A stretch of 64,000 nucleotides of DNA, from the NCBI GenBank assembly GCA_951406725.2, contig OX597824.1, positions 89,466,001 to 89,530,000 of the forward strand, read 5' to 3'. Numbering within the stretch: the first letter of the stretch is position 1; every line of letters starts with the position of its first letter. Shown here piece by piece: positions 13,444 through 28,389 of this stretch. This DNA is from Octopus vulgaris. Taxonomy: Eukaryota. The position numbers and the translations under genes are program-made. The notes beneath the pieces are model-generated. The model was not told where the DNA came from and did no database searches. It saw only the letters and a program-made list of their open reading frames with translations.

Positions 13444-14299
13444 CCGTAAATCCTCGAGTATAGTCCGCCCTTGAGTATAATACGCAGGGGATTTTTAGGG
13501 GGCTGTACCTCTGAAAAACCTAAACCTTGTGTATAATACGCACCCCTTCTCTAACTTGAGTCAAGGAGTTCCAGATAACGTCCTTGGTTTGTAAAACTGT
13601 ATACGGTAACGTCCTTTATTATAATTGTATATATTTTTTAAAGACTCCGCCGGTTACGACGACGAGGGTCCCAGCTGATACGATCAACGGAACAGCTTGC
13701 TCGTGAAAATTAACGTGCAAATGGCTGAGCATTCCACAGACACGTGTACCCTTAACGTAGTTCTCGGGGATAATCAGCGTGACACAGAGAGTGACAAGGC
13801 TGACCCTTTGAAATACAAGTACAACTCATTTTTGCCAGCTGAGTGGACTGGAGCAACGTGAAATAAAGTGTCTTGCTCAAGGACACAACGCGTCGCCGGG
13901 AATCGAACTCACAACCTTACGATCATGAGCCGAATGCCCTAACCACTAAGCCACGCGCCCTCAATTGTATATATAACATAATGCAAACGTGTAGCTCTTT
14001 TTGTGCATTTTGTTTGCAGAAAATAAAGAAATAACAGTAATAACGTTTAATAAATGTTGCTTACTGCAAGTTATGGATGATTCTTTTATGACTTCATTGC
14101 TTTCAGGCTTAGCTTAAGGTGTTTTCGCGCTCGACATCACAAAATGGGTCTGAATAAAAACATTGCCGGACAGCAAATAGAGACTCGGACATTGCTTAGA
14201 AAATATTTTTCATTTTTAACCTCGTATATAGTATGCACTAGGGATTTTGACCTTTAAATTTTGGTGAGGAAAATATGGATTATACTCGAGGATTTACGG
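13444..14299. mobile_element. Non-autonomous Tc1/mariner-pogo (Tigger-like) element
   Basis: 23-bp TIR CCGTAAATCCTCGAGTATA(G/A)TCC with one mismatch; TA TSD at 13442-13443 and 14300-14301. Confidence 0.9.
13635..13962 (-). mobile_element. tRNA-derived SINE nested in the Tigger-like element
   Basis: Head GGGCGCGTGGCTTAGTGGTTAGGG...GAGTTCGATTCCC; 12-bp TSD AATTGTATATAT at 13623 and 13963. Confidence 0.9.
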
Positions 14300-14546
14300 T
14301 ATTTCTTTTTTAGTGGCCTGGGTGATGATGCTATAAGGAAAGGTCATTACACGGAGAACCGTAATTATTCATGCTTTTCTGGAAATATTTATGAAGAGAT
14401 ATCTGAAGACAGTCGGGTGGCAACGATAGTACAGCATTAGACTAAACAAATGCTTAAGTTCAAATCCTACTGTTATTGACTTTTCTGGAATCAATAAAAT
14501 CGATTAGATTTGCTTCTTCTTTGGAAATATACTGTATATGGTGCTG

Positions 14547-14927
14547 GGTGGAGGCGCAATGGCCCAGTGGGCGGCGGACTCGCGGTCATAGGATCGCGGT
14601 TTCGATTCCCAGACCGGGCGTTGTGAGTGTTTATTGAGCGAAAACACCTAAAAGCTCCACGAGGCTCCGGCAGGGGATGGTGGCGATCCCTGCTGTACTC
14701 TTTCGCCACAACTTTCTCTCACTCTTACTTCCTGTTTCTGTTGTACCTGTATTTCAAAGGGCCGGCCTTGTCACTCTCTGTGTCACGCTGAATATCCCCG
14801 AGAACTACGTTAAGGGTACACGTGTCTGTGGAGTGCTCAGCCACTTACACGTTAATTTCACGAGCAGGCTGTTCCGTTGATTCGGATCAACCGGAACCCT
14901 CATCGTCGTTACCGACGGAGTGCTTCC
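14547..14927 (+). mobile_element. SINE family D (head GGAGGCGCAATGGCCCAGTGG), full-length
   Basis: 11-bp TSD ATATGGTGCTG at 14536 and 14928. Confidence 0.9.
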
Positions 14928-15167
14928 ATATGGTGCTGTACCAAAGTTCCGAATTATTGTCAAAGAATTATATGAATCGTTAGTGCGTCGAAAAAATATT
15001 TTGCAGTATTTTTTCAGATCTTTGTCTTCTGAGTTCAAACCACTTCGAGGGCAAGTTTGCAATGAATTTCTCCGGGGCCGATAAAATAAAGTAACAATCA
15101 TGAACAGAGGTTGAAGATAATCGACTAATCTCTTCTCAAAATTGCTGGCCTTGTGTCTAAATTAGAA

Positions 15168-15215
<48 letters not shown>

Positions 15216-15228
15216 GTTGCTGCTGCTG

Positions 15229-15267
<39 letters not shown>

Positions 15268-15290
15268 CTGCTGCTGTTGCTGCTGCTGCA

Positions 15291-15327
<37 letters not shown>

Positions 15328-15340
15328 ATACTACTACTTA

Positions 15341-15399
<59 letters not shown>

Positions 15400-15429
15400 T
15401 CATTATTACAATGACTGCTCTGTCATACG

Positions 15430-16800
15430 ATCCCACTGATACGTCGAACAGTTCATCTTCATCGGATTTTGCTACCCGTGCTAATAGAATAGAAGAGTTA
15501 CTGAATAGAAGAGTTTTTTTTTCCCGCGTACATGATAAAGCTCAGATTTATGTGACCAATATTAACATATCCCTCCATATTGAGCAACCATCTTGATATT
15601 GAGGGATATGCCCGGCATGGGTTAAAAGATCCGATACAGATGACATTTTGTATCTTGTAGCGCTGAAATCTGTTATCTTGTAGGTCTTTACCTTAAACAC
15701 ACTGAGATCCAAGTTCCCATCCCACGACATTTGCCATACCTGGACGATGGCTTGGCCATATCTCATGGCTATGGCGGTCATACACTCAATAAATTTAAGA
15801 AAAAAATTCATGTATACATTTAGTCAATTAGATTTCAATATTACTGTTACCACTAATCTGTCCAAAGTTGATTTTTTAAATGTTTTCCGTCCTACCATAA
15901 ACCAAATGAGAAGCTCTCTTATACCCACAAGCAGTCCTGTCACCCCTCTATAGTGTTTAAAACTTGATAGCTAACATCAGTAATAGGATATCTAATCTCT
16001 GTTCTTCAACATAAATATTTGATAAGGCAGTCCCCTACTATAACAATGATTTAGATAATAGCGGCTTACAAATCTTCAATTAACAATACGTAACCTATAA
16101 ACAAACCTAAAAATAGATCTACGAAAATAATATGTTTCGACCCCACTTTATCCCTAAATCTTAAAACTAACGTAGGTAAGAAACTCCTGGGTCTTTTAGA
16201 TAAGCATTTCCCAATAAAGCATAAATATAGGATGCTTTTTAATAGACAATTGATAAAAATATCATACAACTGCTGCACCAATATGAAGAACATCATTCGT
16301 AAGTCTCACCAAAATCCCACTCTCAGTTGTAAATGTCAAGACCTGAAGCTTGCCCACATTCTTTTTAGATCCAAGAAGTCCACCGCACTACATAATTCTA
16401 GATCCGAAATTTTCAGCAAATACAAGCATATAGCCAAATTTCTTTTGTCAAACTGGCGGGCACTATCCTCTCCGAACTGAGCATCAGTCTCGCATAATTT
16501 GGACTCCTCTCCATTCAACTATTCTTCACTAGCAACTTTTATTACAATTTATACGGTCAAAAGGAACATAACACTAAGTTTCTTTGGATTCTTTTCTTTC
16601 TTTTACCGTTTTTATTTGCTCTTTGTCTTCTCATTCTACTTTCTGCATCAACATTCTCCTTTTTTTTTCTCGTGGTTTCTCATGTACCAGCGTCCTGTTT
16701 TTCAAACAGAACAAACCATGTGCCCAGAGCCTGATACAAAAATCTGCCAAACCAGGTGTCTCCATGACAAGAAACTATAAGTAGCGCTTTTGTTTTTAAT
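15430..16800 (+). mobile_element. Degraded Penelope-like retroelement (RT and endonuclease remnants)
   Basis: Frameshifted motifs YLDDGLAI (~15737), ITVTTNLSKVDFLNV, LDKHFP, LFNRQLIKISYNCCTNMKNII and NSRSEIFSK. Confidence 0.8.
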
Positions 16801-17586
16801 ACATTATACATTAAATTATATTTATCTCTCACTGGATGGAGTATATTTTGTTGGTTCTACCTTAACAGAACCGTAAGCTATATTTGTGCGGGGTGGGGAT
16901 ATACACACACGCACGCACACATGCAGACACACACACACATCCATATATTCAGACACACACATTAAAAAAAAAAACGAGGCAAAGCTAAGTAGATGTTTTC
17001 ATGTATTGTTTAACAAGTAGGCTTGATAGACACAATAATGTTTAACTTCGAGAAGGTTAAACAGTAGCGAAGTAACATTTTGGACAACCCAAACTGTGAA
17101 TCGGGGACATGAAACCAACATCATCCCCATCATAGTCATAATTATCACCACCTACAGCACAACCTCTACCACCTACAGCACCACCACTACCACCTACAGC
17201 ACCACCACTACCACCTACAGCACCACCACTACCACCTACATCACCACCACTACCACCTGTAGCAACACCACTACCACCACCACCATCATCATTGTCACCA
17301 TCATCATCATCATCATCATCATCATCAGCTGCAACAGTAGCCGCAGCAGCTTCGTCGTCATCACAACCACCACCATCACCATTTCCACCATCTCCACTAC
17401 CACCACCATCACCATTTCCACCCCCATCCCCACCACCATTACCACCACCATTTCCACCACCACTACCACCACCACCATCACCATTTCTACCACCACCACC
17501 ACCACCATCACCATTTCCACCACCACCACCAACTCCACCACCATTTCCACCACCACTACCCCCCCACCAACTCCATCACCATTTCC

Positions 17587-17631
<45 letters not shown>

Positions 17632-17911
17632 TAAAAAAAATTTTTGCTGCTGCTCCTGCTGCTGTCATTGTTATCTCCCAGACAGTTTTAAACGTCTGTT
17701 GGGGTGGTAATATACGGCTGATTAAGACGCCCACCCTTATGTAGACGCATGAGAAAATGGTTCGGTCGAATCACTGAACTTCTTTAGTTTGTGTCGCCGT
17801 GAGTGCACACAGTCCTAGAGAGAAACAGAAAGGGCGAGAAAGAGTCAATGCCTGAACGCACACTTACACACACACACGCACGGACAAATATGTTATGAGT
17901 CACAACTATTT

Positions 17912-17942
<31 letters not shown>

Positions 17943-18179
17943 CCTAATAGGTATATTGATAGTGACTTCGAAGTTCGCGCTCAGTAGTAGCCTTCGTCAT
18001 AAATTCCTCCACTCGACGGGATGCCCTTTTTGTCACAAGATTACATGAGTGGATTTCGAGCAAGGTGAAATGAAGTGTTTTGCTCAAGAACGCAACGCAT
18101 CGCCCGGTGCAGGAATCGAAACCACATTATGACGATCACGAACGCAACGCCCTAAACACCGAGCCACGCGCATCCACAT

Positions 18180-18480
<301 letters not shown>

Positions 18481-20108
18481 TTATTCAAGGACCTTTTGAG
18501 CAGGATGGGCTACTCGACCTGAAGAAAATTCCAGTTTGGCTGATTGGGTCCATAGTGTCAAAATTGCTTTTGACCCGGGCCCAGTCAGCCGCAGGCAGAA
18601 TTTTTACATTCAAAAGCTTGGTTGTGCTGCCACCCAGCACCCGACGGATGGAATCCTCTATCCATTTGGGCTCCATACGTGGTGGCAGCCCATACACCTA
18701 AGCTCTTATCAGTTTTCGCCCACCATATCGCAAGCTACATACTATACGGTGGGCAAGCTACTTACCACATAGCCACTCCTGCGCCTAACTTTATAGAGAA
18801 CCTTTTATTTCATTTTTGGGAACACCATAGCCCTCACGAGTAGAGAGTTATTGTTTGCGGAAATGTATGTGAGTGCTGGTAGCTTTTCTAGTAATTCTTG
18901 AAGGAATTTATCCAGGTAGCGCTTGAATGAGAGGGTGTCTTTTTCTCCTTTGATTTCTTCCGAAATATTTTTGACTAAAGCAGGGCCAGTTGAAGTAAAA
19001 AAAGAGTTATGTCACAATGTTGTTTTGAGTTGTGAGACTGACTTTTGTAGGTATGCCGCAGGGACCTCACCTTGAGTGCCTTGTCAACTTGATACCGGCA
19101 TCTATTGGACAATGCAGACAAATATTCGCAGGGTGTTGCAATCCATGTCTTCCAGAGAAACTTCACATTAATTGCCGTTACTACAAACCTAAATCGTATT
19201 TTTACAGTGCGAACTAATTTCTCTGTGCTGACAAAAGACCAAATTCTTGTTCTAAAATATCTAAGAAACCCATCCTTAATGCATAAACATGATACCCGAC
19301 TTCAACATTCAAACCTTTCACATCACTAACAGTTTCCATCCAGTTCGCTGCCGTTTATAACCGACCGAATGTTACCCCTGTTTATATTTCACATACACAA
19401 ACATACATCAGACATTCTACAACTTTATACACCAAGCTTTGTTAAACTCTTCTGTGTTTTTGCACCGCAAAATAAATACAAATTGTATACTTATATACAT
19501 ATACACACACACAGATATATATATTCATACACATGTATATATATAATAGGTGTGTACGATGAGATTTGTAATAAATGAGTAATAGGGGTTGGAAAGAAGG
19601 GGGCATGTAGTATGTTTTGTTTCTTGTTCAAACTCTGCTAATTAAGGAACAAATTTTGCCCCCAATATTACGATACCGCATAACATCTACAAGCCTAATT
19701 ACTTAATGTCAGACTATCTCGATCTATTTCAAACGCGCGCGCAAACACACACGTACACATACACACATACACATTCAAGCACACACACACACACACATAC
19801 ACACACACACATGTACATCCTTATACACATACAATGACCTACATGTTTAGATATATACACACAGACGTCAGCACATATACATTTTTAAATGTTCCGTTAC
19901 CGACGCTTATACACACATGCGTACATTTTTTATGAACACTCATCTGGGAGCTATTTCTACACACGGTCACAACATATACACAAACACATGTATACGCAGG
20001 TATACGCAGACATATATATTCATTTAAACATATCTATACACTCTGTGACTGATACGAACACAGACTTAAACGCTCATAAACTGGCTTCTGCAGTCACACA
20101 CCCCTAGT

Positions 20109-20180
<72 letters not shown>

Positions 20181-20609
20181 CACACACGCACGCATACACT
20201 CACACACATACATACATACATACATACATACATACATACACACATAAATTCTTACAAGCACATGATGACATCCCCACACCCACGGACACACACACAAACG
20301 CACACGCATACAAACACACACACACACGCACATACATACACACACACACGCATGCACTCACACACATACATACACACTTAAATTCGTGCAAACTCATGAC
20401 GACACCCACAGACGGACACACACACACACACAAATAAGAGAAGCATTCTTCTTTGCACAGTCAGAAAGATATCCACACACAGTTAAAATGTACACACACA
20501 CACATATACACAGACACAGACACACACACATATATACATACATACGCTCATTTGCACATGCATACACACGTATAACTATTTACAGTCTTATACATAAATA
20601 ACCACATAT

Positions 20610-21008
20610 ACTCTTTTACTTGTTTCAGTCATTTGACTGCGGCCATGCTGGAACACCGCCTTTAATCGAGCAACTCGACCCCGGGACTTATTCTTTTGTA
20701 AGCCCAGTACTTATTCTATCGTCTCTTTTGCCGAACCGCTAAGTGACAGGGACGTAAACACACCAGCATCGGTTGTCAAGCAATGCTAGGGGGACAAACA
20801 CAGACACACAAACATACACGCGCATACCTATATATACATATATACAACAGGCTTCTTTCAGTTTCCGTTTACAAAATCCACTCACAAGGCTTTGGTCGGC
20901 CCGAGGCTATAGTAGAAGTCACTTGCCCAAGGTGCCACGCAGTGGGACTGAACCCGGAACCATGTGGTTGGTAGACAAGCTACTTACCACACAGCCACTC
21001 CTGCGCCT
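20610..21008 (-). mobile_element. SINE family A, full-length young copy
   Basis: Near-identical to the reverse complement of 32253-32665 and 57593-57995. Confidence 0.92.
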
Positions 21009-21765
21009 ATATGTATACATGCAACCACAAATTGCTGTAGAAACTTATACACATACACAAACCCTGTGCAAATCAGTTATAAACACTACAAACAGTACAC
21101 ACATAGCCTTACTCACCACCTCACACACACATACACATAAACACACGTTCACATACAGACACTCATTAAGTTTTATACATGGTCATACACTAACAAACCT
21201 TATACACTCACATAGGCGCAGGAGTGGTTGTGTGGTAAGAAGCTTGCTTACCAACCACATGGTTCCGGGTTCAGTCCCACTGCATGTCAACTTGGGCAAG
21301 TGTCTTCTACTATAGCCTAGGGCCGATCAAACTGAAAGAAGCCCGTTGTATATATATATATATAATATATATATATTCTAGCTCGCTCTGATACTGAGTT
21401 GAGTTGGTGACTTCTAGTATCTCAAAATTCAATATATAATCATTTATGATTATAGTATTCTAAGCTGAAGAGAAAAGAAGTTTGGGTAAGGTAGAATTAT
21501 TTAATATTTAATTCTTATGCTTTCCTAAAAACTTGATTTCGAAACGTCCGTCCGTAGATAACTTAAAATTGTATGATAGATTGCCGTCAATTCATTCTCT
21601 CTTACCTGTTTGTGTCTGCCTTCCAATTGCTGTGTTTTTACTGAGATCTCCTTTTTAGTAGAAGAAATAGCTATAACTCTTTGACTGCTATTTCTAAATT
21701 CGGTCTGTGGTAAGGCAATTCGTTGCTAAACCCTTTATTGCTTAGTATATAATATTATATATATA

Positions 21766-21808
<43 letters not shown>

Positions 21809-21835
21809 TGTGTGTAATATAATATTATATATATA

Positions 21836-21876
<41 letters not shown>

Positions 21877-22159
21877 TGTGTGTCTGTGTTTGTCCCCCAC
21901 CGTCGCTTGACAACCAATGCTGGTGTGTAACCTAGTTAAGTCCCTGTAACTTAGCGTTTCGGCAAAAAGGCACGATAGAATAAGTACTAAGCTTACAAAA
22001 AATAAGTCCCGACTAAGGGCGTTGCTCCTGCATGGCCGCAGTCTAATGACCGAGACTAATAAAAGAATAAATACTAAACACACACAAACACACACACACT
22101 TGTACACTGTTACAAACATATACCCACAGAGAAACCTTTAACCACATAAACAGTAGACA

Positions 22160-22740
22160 CAGATAGAGAGGGAAAGAGAGGGAGTGTGAGTGAGAGGGAG
22201 GGGTAGATAGAGAGAAGAGTGGAAGAGAGAGAGTGAGAGAGAGGATGGATAGAGAGAAGAGAGGAAGGGAGTGAGAGGGAGAGGGAGGGTGAATAGAGTG
22301 AAGGGAAGAAGAGAGAGAGAGAGGAAGAGGGAGGAGTGGATTGCGAGAAGAGAGGAAGAGAGAGAGTGAGAGAGAGGATGGATAGAGAGAAGAGAGGAAG
22401 GGAGTGAGAGTGATAGGGAGGGTGAATAGAGTGAAGGAAAGAAGAGAGAGAGGGAGAGGGAGAGTGCGGGATGGATAGAGAGAAGAGAGGAAGGGAGTGA
22501 GAGGGAGAGGGAGGGTGAATAGAGTGAAGGGAAGAAGAGAGAGAGAGAGGAAGAGGGAGGAGTGGATAGCGAGAAGAGAGGAAGAGAGAGAGTGAGAGAG
22601 AGGATGGATAGAGAGAAGAGAGGAAGGGAGTGAGAGTGATAGGGAGGGTGAATAGAGAGAAGAGAGGAAGAGAGAGAGAAGGAAAGATAACTACAACAGT
22701 GAGATAGAAGAAAGAGAAAAGAAAGAAAGAAGAAGCATGA
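22160..22740. repeat. GA-rich polypurine minisatellite with an internal ~226-bp-period duplication
   Basis: Blocks starting ~22243 and ~22469 are nearly identical. Confidence 0.85.
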
Positions 22741-22780
22741 GATGAAACAACGCCCTTAATTAGTCATTTACAAAGCAATT

Positions 22781-22811
<31 letters not shown>

Positions 22812-23303
22812 GGGGATGTGAGATGGATGATGGCGGAGGCGGCGATGGTGGGGGAGGGTGTGAATTGGTGAGAACAAAGGCTGAAATCATCCCCCCTGTG
22901 TCCCCCCCTCTCCGCGTTACTCAACCTCCACTAGCGACCCCTCATCTTCACCCCACCCACCTCCGCCCTACTCCACCCCACCCCACCCCACCCCACCTCT
23001 TTCGTCTCACGATTCTGCAACCGTGCAGCATCCCCCCACCCACTGCTCCGCTCCGCTCGCTTGCCTTCCACACCCCCACCTCATACCAACAGACCATGCA
23101 ACATTATTTGCCGAGAGAACCGGACAGAAAGACAAACAGACAGACAGACAGACTGGCATACACACACACACACACACACATACGCACACACATGCACACA
23201 CACACATGCACACACACAAATGCACACACACATGTATGTTGGATGGCGGGATGCAAGGGGTGTAATAGGTGGGGAGGAATGATGGTGCAGCATGAAAACG
23301 ACC

Positions 23304-23335
<32 letters not shown>

Positions 23336-23342
23336 GACCATC

Positions 23343-23376
<34 letters not shown>

Positions 23377-23438
23377 TCATCATCACCATCACCACCACCA
23401 CCACCACCACCACCACCACCATCCACCATCATCATCAC

Positions 23439-23484
<46 letters not shown>

Positions 23485-23871
23485 GTCATCATCGTCGTCG
23501 TCACTGTCTGTATTACCATCAACATTACATTACTGTAACTAGGCCATCGAGAGAGCTTCTGTGTGGTCGGTCGACCTGCTAAAAACAGTAGCCAAAATCT
23601 TCATCAAATCACTCCGAAGGGAATTAGAAAAAAAGACCCCTTCGGAGAACGTAATCCCGGGTTCCCTTGCACATAAGGGATTGAGGGAAACAGTCACGGT
23701 TGGAAAATGGTTTTAGTCATAAGTCTGCTGAACCTGGGGCTGAAAGAACAGCAAAACAACATGACCATCATGTCGGGACATGGCGCTCCGATTCTGCGTA
23801 ATTTGACTTCCATGCAGCGGCACCTGGGACATTCAAACAAGAAACAACAACGGTGACAACAGCAAGAACAA

Positions 23872-24490
23872 GTGGAGGCGCAATGGCCCAGTGGTTAGGG
23901 CAGCGGACTCGCGGTCGGAGGACCGCGGTTTCGATTCCCAGACCGGGCGTTGTCTGTGTGTTTATTGAGCGAAAACACCTAAAGCTCCACGAGGCTCCGG
24001 CAGGGGGTGGTGGCGACCCCTGTTGTACTCTTTCGCTCCAACTTTCTCTAACTCCTTCTTCCTGTTTCTTGTCCCCGACTTCCTACGCAACCACTGAGCC
24101 TGGATGCGCATTCGCATTCATCCATCCGTCGATGTTCTCTGTGTCGGGGGTTGACCTGCTTTCTCTTCTGCGGGTCTTACGAATAGCAAAGGACCACGAA
24201 AACACCTAAAGCTCCACGAGGCTCTGGCAGGGGGTAGTGGCGACCCCTGTTGTACTCTTTCGCTCCAACTTTCACTAACTCTTTCTTCCTGTTTCTTGTC
24301 CCCGACTTCCTACGCAACCGCTGAGCCTGGATGCGCATTCATCCCATCCGTCGATGCTCTCGGTGTCGGGGGTTGACCTGCTTTCTCTTCTGCGGGTCTT
24401 ACGAATAGCAAAGGACCACGTTTCGGACTTCTCCAAAGACGAAGGCCGCCTCGTTTAACAAAAAACAAACAAACAAGCAAACAAACAGCA
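23872..24490 (+). mobile_element. SINE family D variant with tandemly duplicated body and (CAAA)n tail
   Basis: Head at 23872; body 23971-24198 repeated at 24199-24420. Confidence 0.88.
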
Positions 24491-24536
24491 ACAACAACAA
24501 CACGACCATCGTCACAATCATATGAACCAGATAAAA

Positions 24537-24954
24537 TCTTTATATATAAAAGTGAAGTTGTGTGTCTGTCTCCTACGATTTAGATTCCTAACTACTCCCA
24601 CATTTTGCGGTGCAGTTTAACCAAAACCGGGTATCTTATAGTCATGATTCATATCGAGCCCTTCTGGGTATTAGCGCGCGTCTACGATGAGTCAACGATT
24701 TAAAAAAAAATTTACCATCATTTTTTTCCATTTTAATGCATTTTGAATTCCTGGAATACATATGCCCGAGGTTATAGTAGAAGTAACTCTCTAAAAATGT
24801 CTACGATGAGTCAACGATTTAAAAAAAAATTTACCATCATTTTTTTTCTCCATTTTTAATGCATTTTTTTGCTATTTTTTGGCTATAACTCTCTAAAAAT
24901 GCTTATATAGTTATTTCCCTTACAAACCCGAGCAACGCCGGGCGATACTGCTAG
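24537..24954 (+). mobile_element. Non-autonomous Helitron
   Basis: 5' TC, 3' CTAG, subterminal hairpin CCCG-AGCAACGC-CGGG, inserted between A and T with no TSD. Confidence 0.85.
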
Positions 24955-25039
24955 TAATAGATAAAATATGTCGAAGTGGGTAAATTACTAACATTATACA
25001 ATTCTTCAACAAGCAAATTATGCAGTCATAACACTTAAT

Positions 25040-25335
25040 TTCCCGAAACGCCTACATGCTTTTATCGTCATCAAAATTCCTAATGTTACCAATCGTTGGT
25101 GCCACTTGAAACGCCTTCATAGTCAGCCGTCGCCACTGGTCTCCCTTCTCTGTCATGCGTAACACGATTCCTCCAACCCCGCTGCCTCCCTTTCGCGGCT
25201 GTGTCCTGAAGAATGATCTTGGACAGGGAGTTGTGGCAGGATACATTACCGTACAAAGCAAGCTTTCGTCTTTTTACCTGCGCAAGGAGTGCTTCCAGTC
25301 TTCCAGCGTATTTATTGACGTGCTTGCTGCCTGGC
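25040..25335 (-). mobile_element. RTE-clade LINE 3' fragment
   Basis: LLAQVKRRKLALYGNVSCHNSLSKIILQD...RQRGWR matches the RTE C-terminal 'KL.WFGHV.R...K.ILQG...RGR' pattern. Confidence 0.75.
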
Positions 25336-26651
25336 AAAGCTCTTTTACTCATTTACCCATTTACTTGTTTCTGTCATTTGACTGTGGCCATGCTGCAGCA
25401 CCGCCTTTTAGTCGAGCAAATCGACCCCATGACTTATTCTTTGTAAGCCTTGTACTTATTCTATCGGTCTTTTTTGGGGCCGAACCGCTAAGTTACGGGG
25501 ACATAAACACACCAGCATCGGTTGTCAAGCAATGGTGGTGGTGGGACAAACACACACACACACACAAACATATACACACACATACATGTATATATATACA
25601 TATATATACGACGGGCTTCTTTCAGTTTCCATCTACCAAATCCACACTCACAATGCTTTGGTCGGCCCGAGGCTATAGTAGAAGACACTCGCAGCCACTT
25701 ACACGTTAATTTCACGAGCAGGCTGTTCCGTTGATTCGGATCAACCGGAACCCTCGTCGTCGTAACCGACGGAGTGCTTCCTCCTCCTTAGATCGTGATT
25801 ACTGCTTTTACGAAATCAGGCATTAATGTGTCGTAGTGTTAAATTGGTAGGAGATGATTGTGCAAAAACGGTTTCACCTTCAAAATCTGCTTTCTTCATT
25901 TTGCTGACTGCTCTGCAAAATGACACCATTTTTGAACTTGTTTTCCAAGAACAGGTCGCGGTCTCAAAGCAACGAAAATATTTTGACAAATTAAATTTAA
26001 ACGTCGAAGTGAATCTAATGGATTTTGTGTGTTTCTTAAATGGATTATAAACACCTTCCACGCTGCGATTATTATAACTCTGCTGCCTGCTCCATTGAAT
26101 TATGGTGTGAGTAGTCGAGTATTCCACAGACACTTGTACTCAGAGTATCAGTATGACACTGTGTAACAAGACTGGGTTCTTGTAGATTAATCCGTCTGAT
26201 AAGTTCTCAAAGAGTCCCCATTTTTCCCAGTTCCACCATAACCAGGCCTAGGTCTAACTCGGGGCAATGGTAAACATAAATATTTGTACAAGATATCATT
26301 ATGAGGGATTGGATTCCAGGAATTCAAACATTGCAAAAAAAAAAAAAAATGATTTCAGATCAGGTCACTTGCTATGCAAGTACATCTCCGAAAAATAACC
26401 TTTTTTTTTTTTTCTATAAAAATGTTGGCCCGTAGGAAAAGTAAGGAAAACTTGATCAGTCCCTTATTGTTCTGATTAATTGTGAAACAAGGTAGAACAA
26501 TGAAAGCCACAAAAACAGGTTTTTGAAAGAAGAATAAAAGATGTGCAGACACGAGTTGCTTCCAAAACACGTTCAGCTTCGGCGAAAAAGAATAATAAAT
26601 TCAAATAGTTTCATTGCTATTGCAACTTGTTGTAACGCATGGCCGAACACG

Positions 26652-27332
26652 GTTGTGTGTGTGTGTGTGTGTGTGTGTGCATGTGTGCGCGCGTGTGTGT
26701 ATATGTGTGTATGCGTTTGTGTGAGTGTGTGTGTTTGTGTGTGTGTATGTGCTTGTGTGACGGTGTGTATGCGTTTGTGAGTGCGTGTGTGTGTATGTCT
26801 AAGAGAGAGGGAAAGTGTGTGTGTGTGTGTGCGTTTGTGTGAGTGTGTGTGTATGTGTGTGAGAGTGTGTGTTTGTGTGTGTATGTGTTTGTGTGACGGT
26901 GTGTGTGTGCGTTTGCGAGTGTGTATGTTTTTTTGTGTGTATGTGTGTGTGTGTGTGTGTATGTTTGTGTGTGTATGTGTTTGTGAGTGCGTGTGTGTGT
27001 GTGTGTGTGTGTGTTTGTGTGTGTGTGAGTGTGTGTGTGTTTGTGTGTGCATGTGTTTGTGTGACGGTGTGTTTATGCGTTTATGTGAATGTGTGTGTTT
27101 GTGTGTATTTGTATGTGTGTGTGTGAGTGCGTTTATGTGAATGCGTTTGTGTTTGTGTATGTGTATGCGTATGAGGATGCGTGTTTGTGTATGTATCTGT
27201 GTGAGTATGTGTGCATGTGTGAGGGAGTGTGTGTATTTGTGTGTGTGTGTGTATATGTGAGTGTGTGTGTGTGTGTTTGTGTGACGATGTGCCTGTGTGT
27301 GTGTACGAGTGTTTGCTTGTGAGCGTGTGTGT
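26652..27332. repeat. Degenerate (GT)n array, ~680 bp
   Basis: Direct reading. Confidence 0.95.
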
Positions 27333-27637
27333 TGGTGAGGTGGAGCATATTGTTTAGTGCTGTGTGTTTAAGATTAATTGAAAGTTGCCTATGGACTGGG
27401 AAGAGACCAAAAGATGCTTTTTCCGAAAGGCCATGCTGGGGCACTGCCTTAAAGAATTTTCAGTCAAATGACTCGACCCCCCCCCCAGTACTTTTTTTTA
27501 AAGCCAGGAACTTATTCTGTCGGACTCTTATATCGAACCGCTAAGTTACAGAGACGTAAGCACACCAGCACCACTTGTCAAGCGGTTGTGGGATAAAAAG
27601 ATACAAAGACACCCCACTCTCCCTCATATATATATAT

Positions 27638-27674
<37 letters not shown>

Positions 27675-27798
27675 TGTGGTAAGAAGCTTGCTTCCCAACC
27701 ACATGATTCCGGGTTCAGTTCCACTGCGTGGCACCTTGGACAAGTGTCCTCGGGCCAACCAAAGACAGAAATTGAAATAAAGCACGTCGTGTGCGTGT

Positions 27799-27842
<44 letters not shown>

Positions 27843-28041
27843 GTGTGTGTGTGTGTGCGTGTGCGTGTGTATAAAATACAAAATGGGACAAGAATGTAAA
27901 ACATCAGGACAACTAGGTGACACAAAATAGGACAACAAAACATCCAGATAGATGATACAAAAAAACGAGGACGGGTCATTCGAAGTTTTCTATCTTCAGT
28001 CAAGAACCAGATTATCCTCGCAATTTCGGCTGATTATTCTT

Positions 28042-28389
28042 GAGACGCGTGTCTGCCAAGTTTGTGCCAAAACCGCTTTCAGCTGTCCAAAAAGACACTC
28101 GGGTTTCAGTTGCACAATATCTCCTTGATTGTATCGAGAACGATGGAAACTTTTTGAAAACATTGCGTAGGCCTTTGAACAGGTTTCGCCAAGCTTTTTG
28201 GCAAAATTTGATGCAGATTCTCAACTTTCTCTGTCATGGTCAATGCAACGATCACACGCTACACACGTTCCTTCCAAGCACTGCTGTAAACAGCGGAAGT
28301 AAGCTAGAACCTTAAAACTTAGTGCGCACTCTATAAGCTGTAGCTTCGTTACTATGGCAACATAGTATTACTATTGATCAGACCTCGTA
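28042..28389 (+). mobile_element. Mariner transposase relic with right TIR
   Basis: RRVSAKFVPKPLS (WVPxxL linker equivalent); end GATCAGACCTCG-TA. Confidence 0.75.

Noticed and set aside
18870-19340. CR1/L2 LINE 3' relic (also possible LINE relics at 28500-28860 and 31650-32030)
   Set aside because: Only vague motif resemblance; cannot be supported without a search
22823-23542. 239-aa His/Pro-rich ORF
   Set aside because: Mostly simple repeats, with no recognisable domain or splice context
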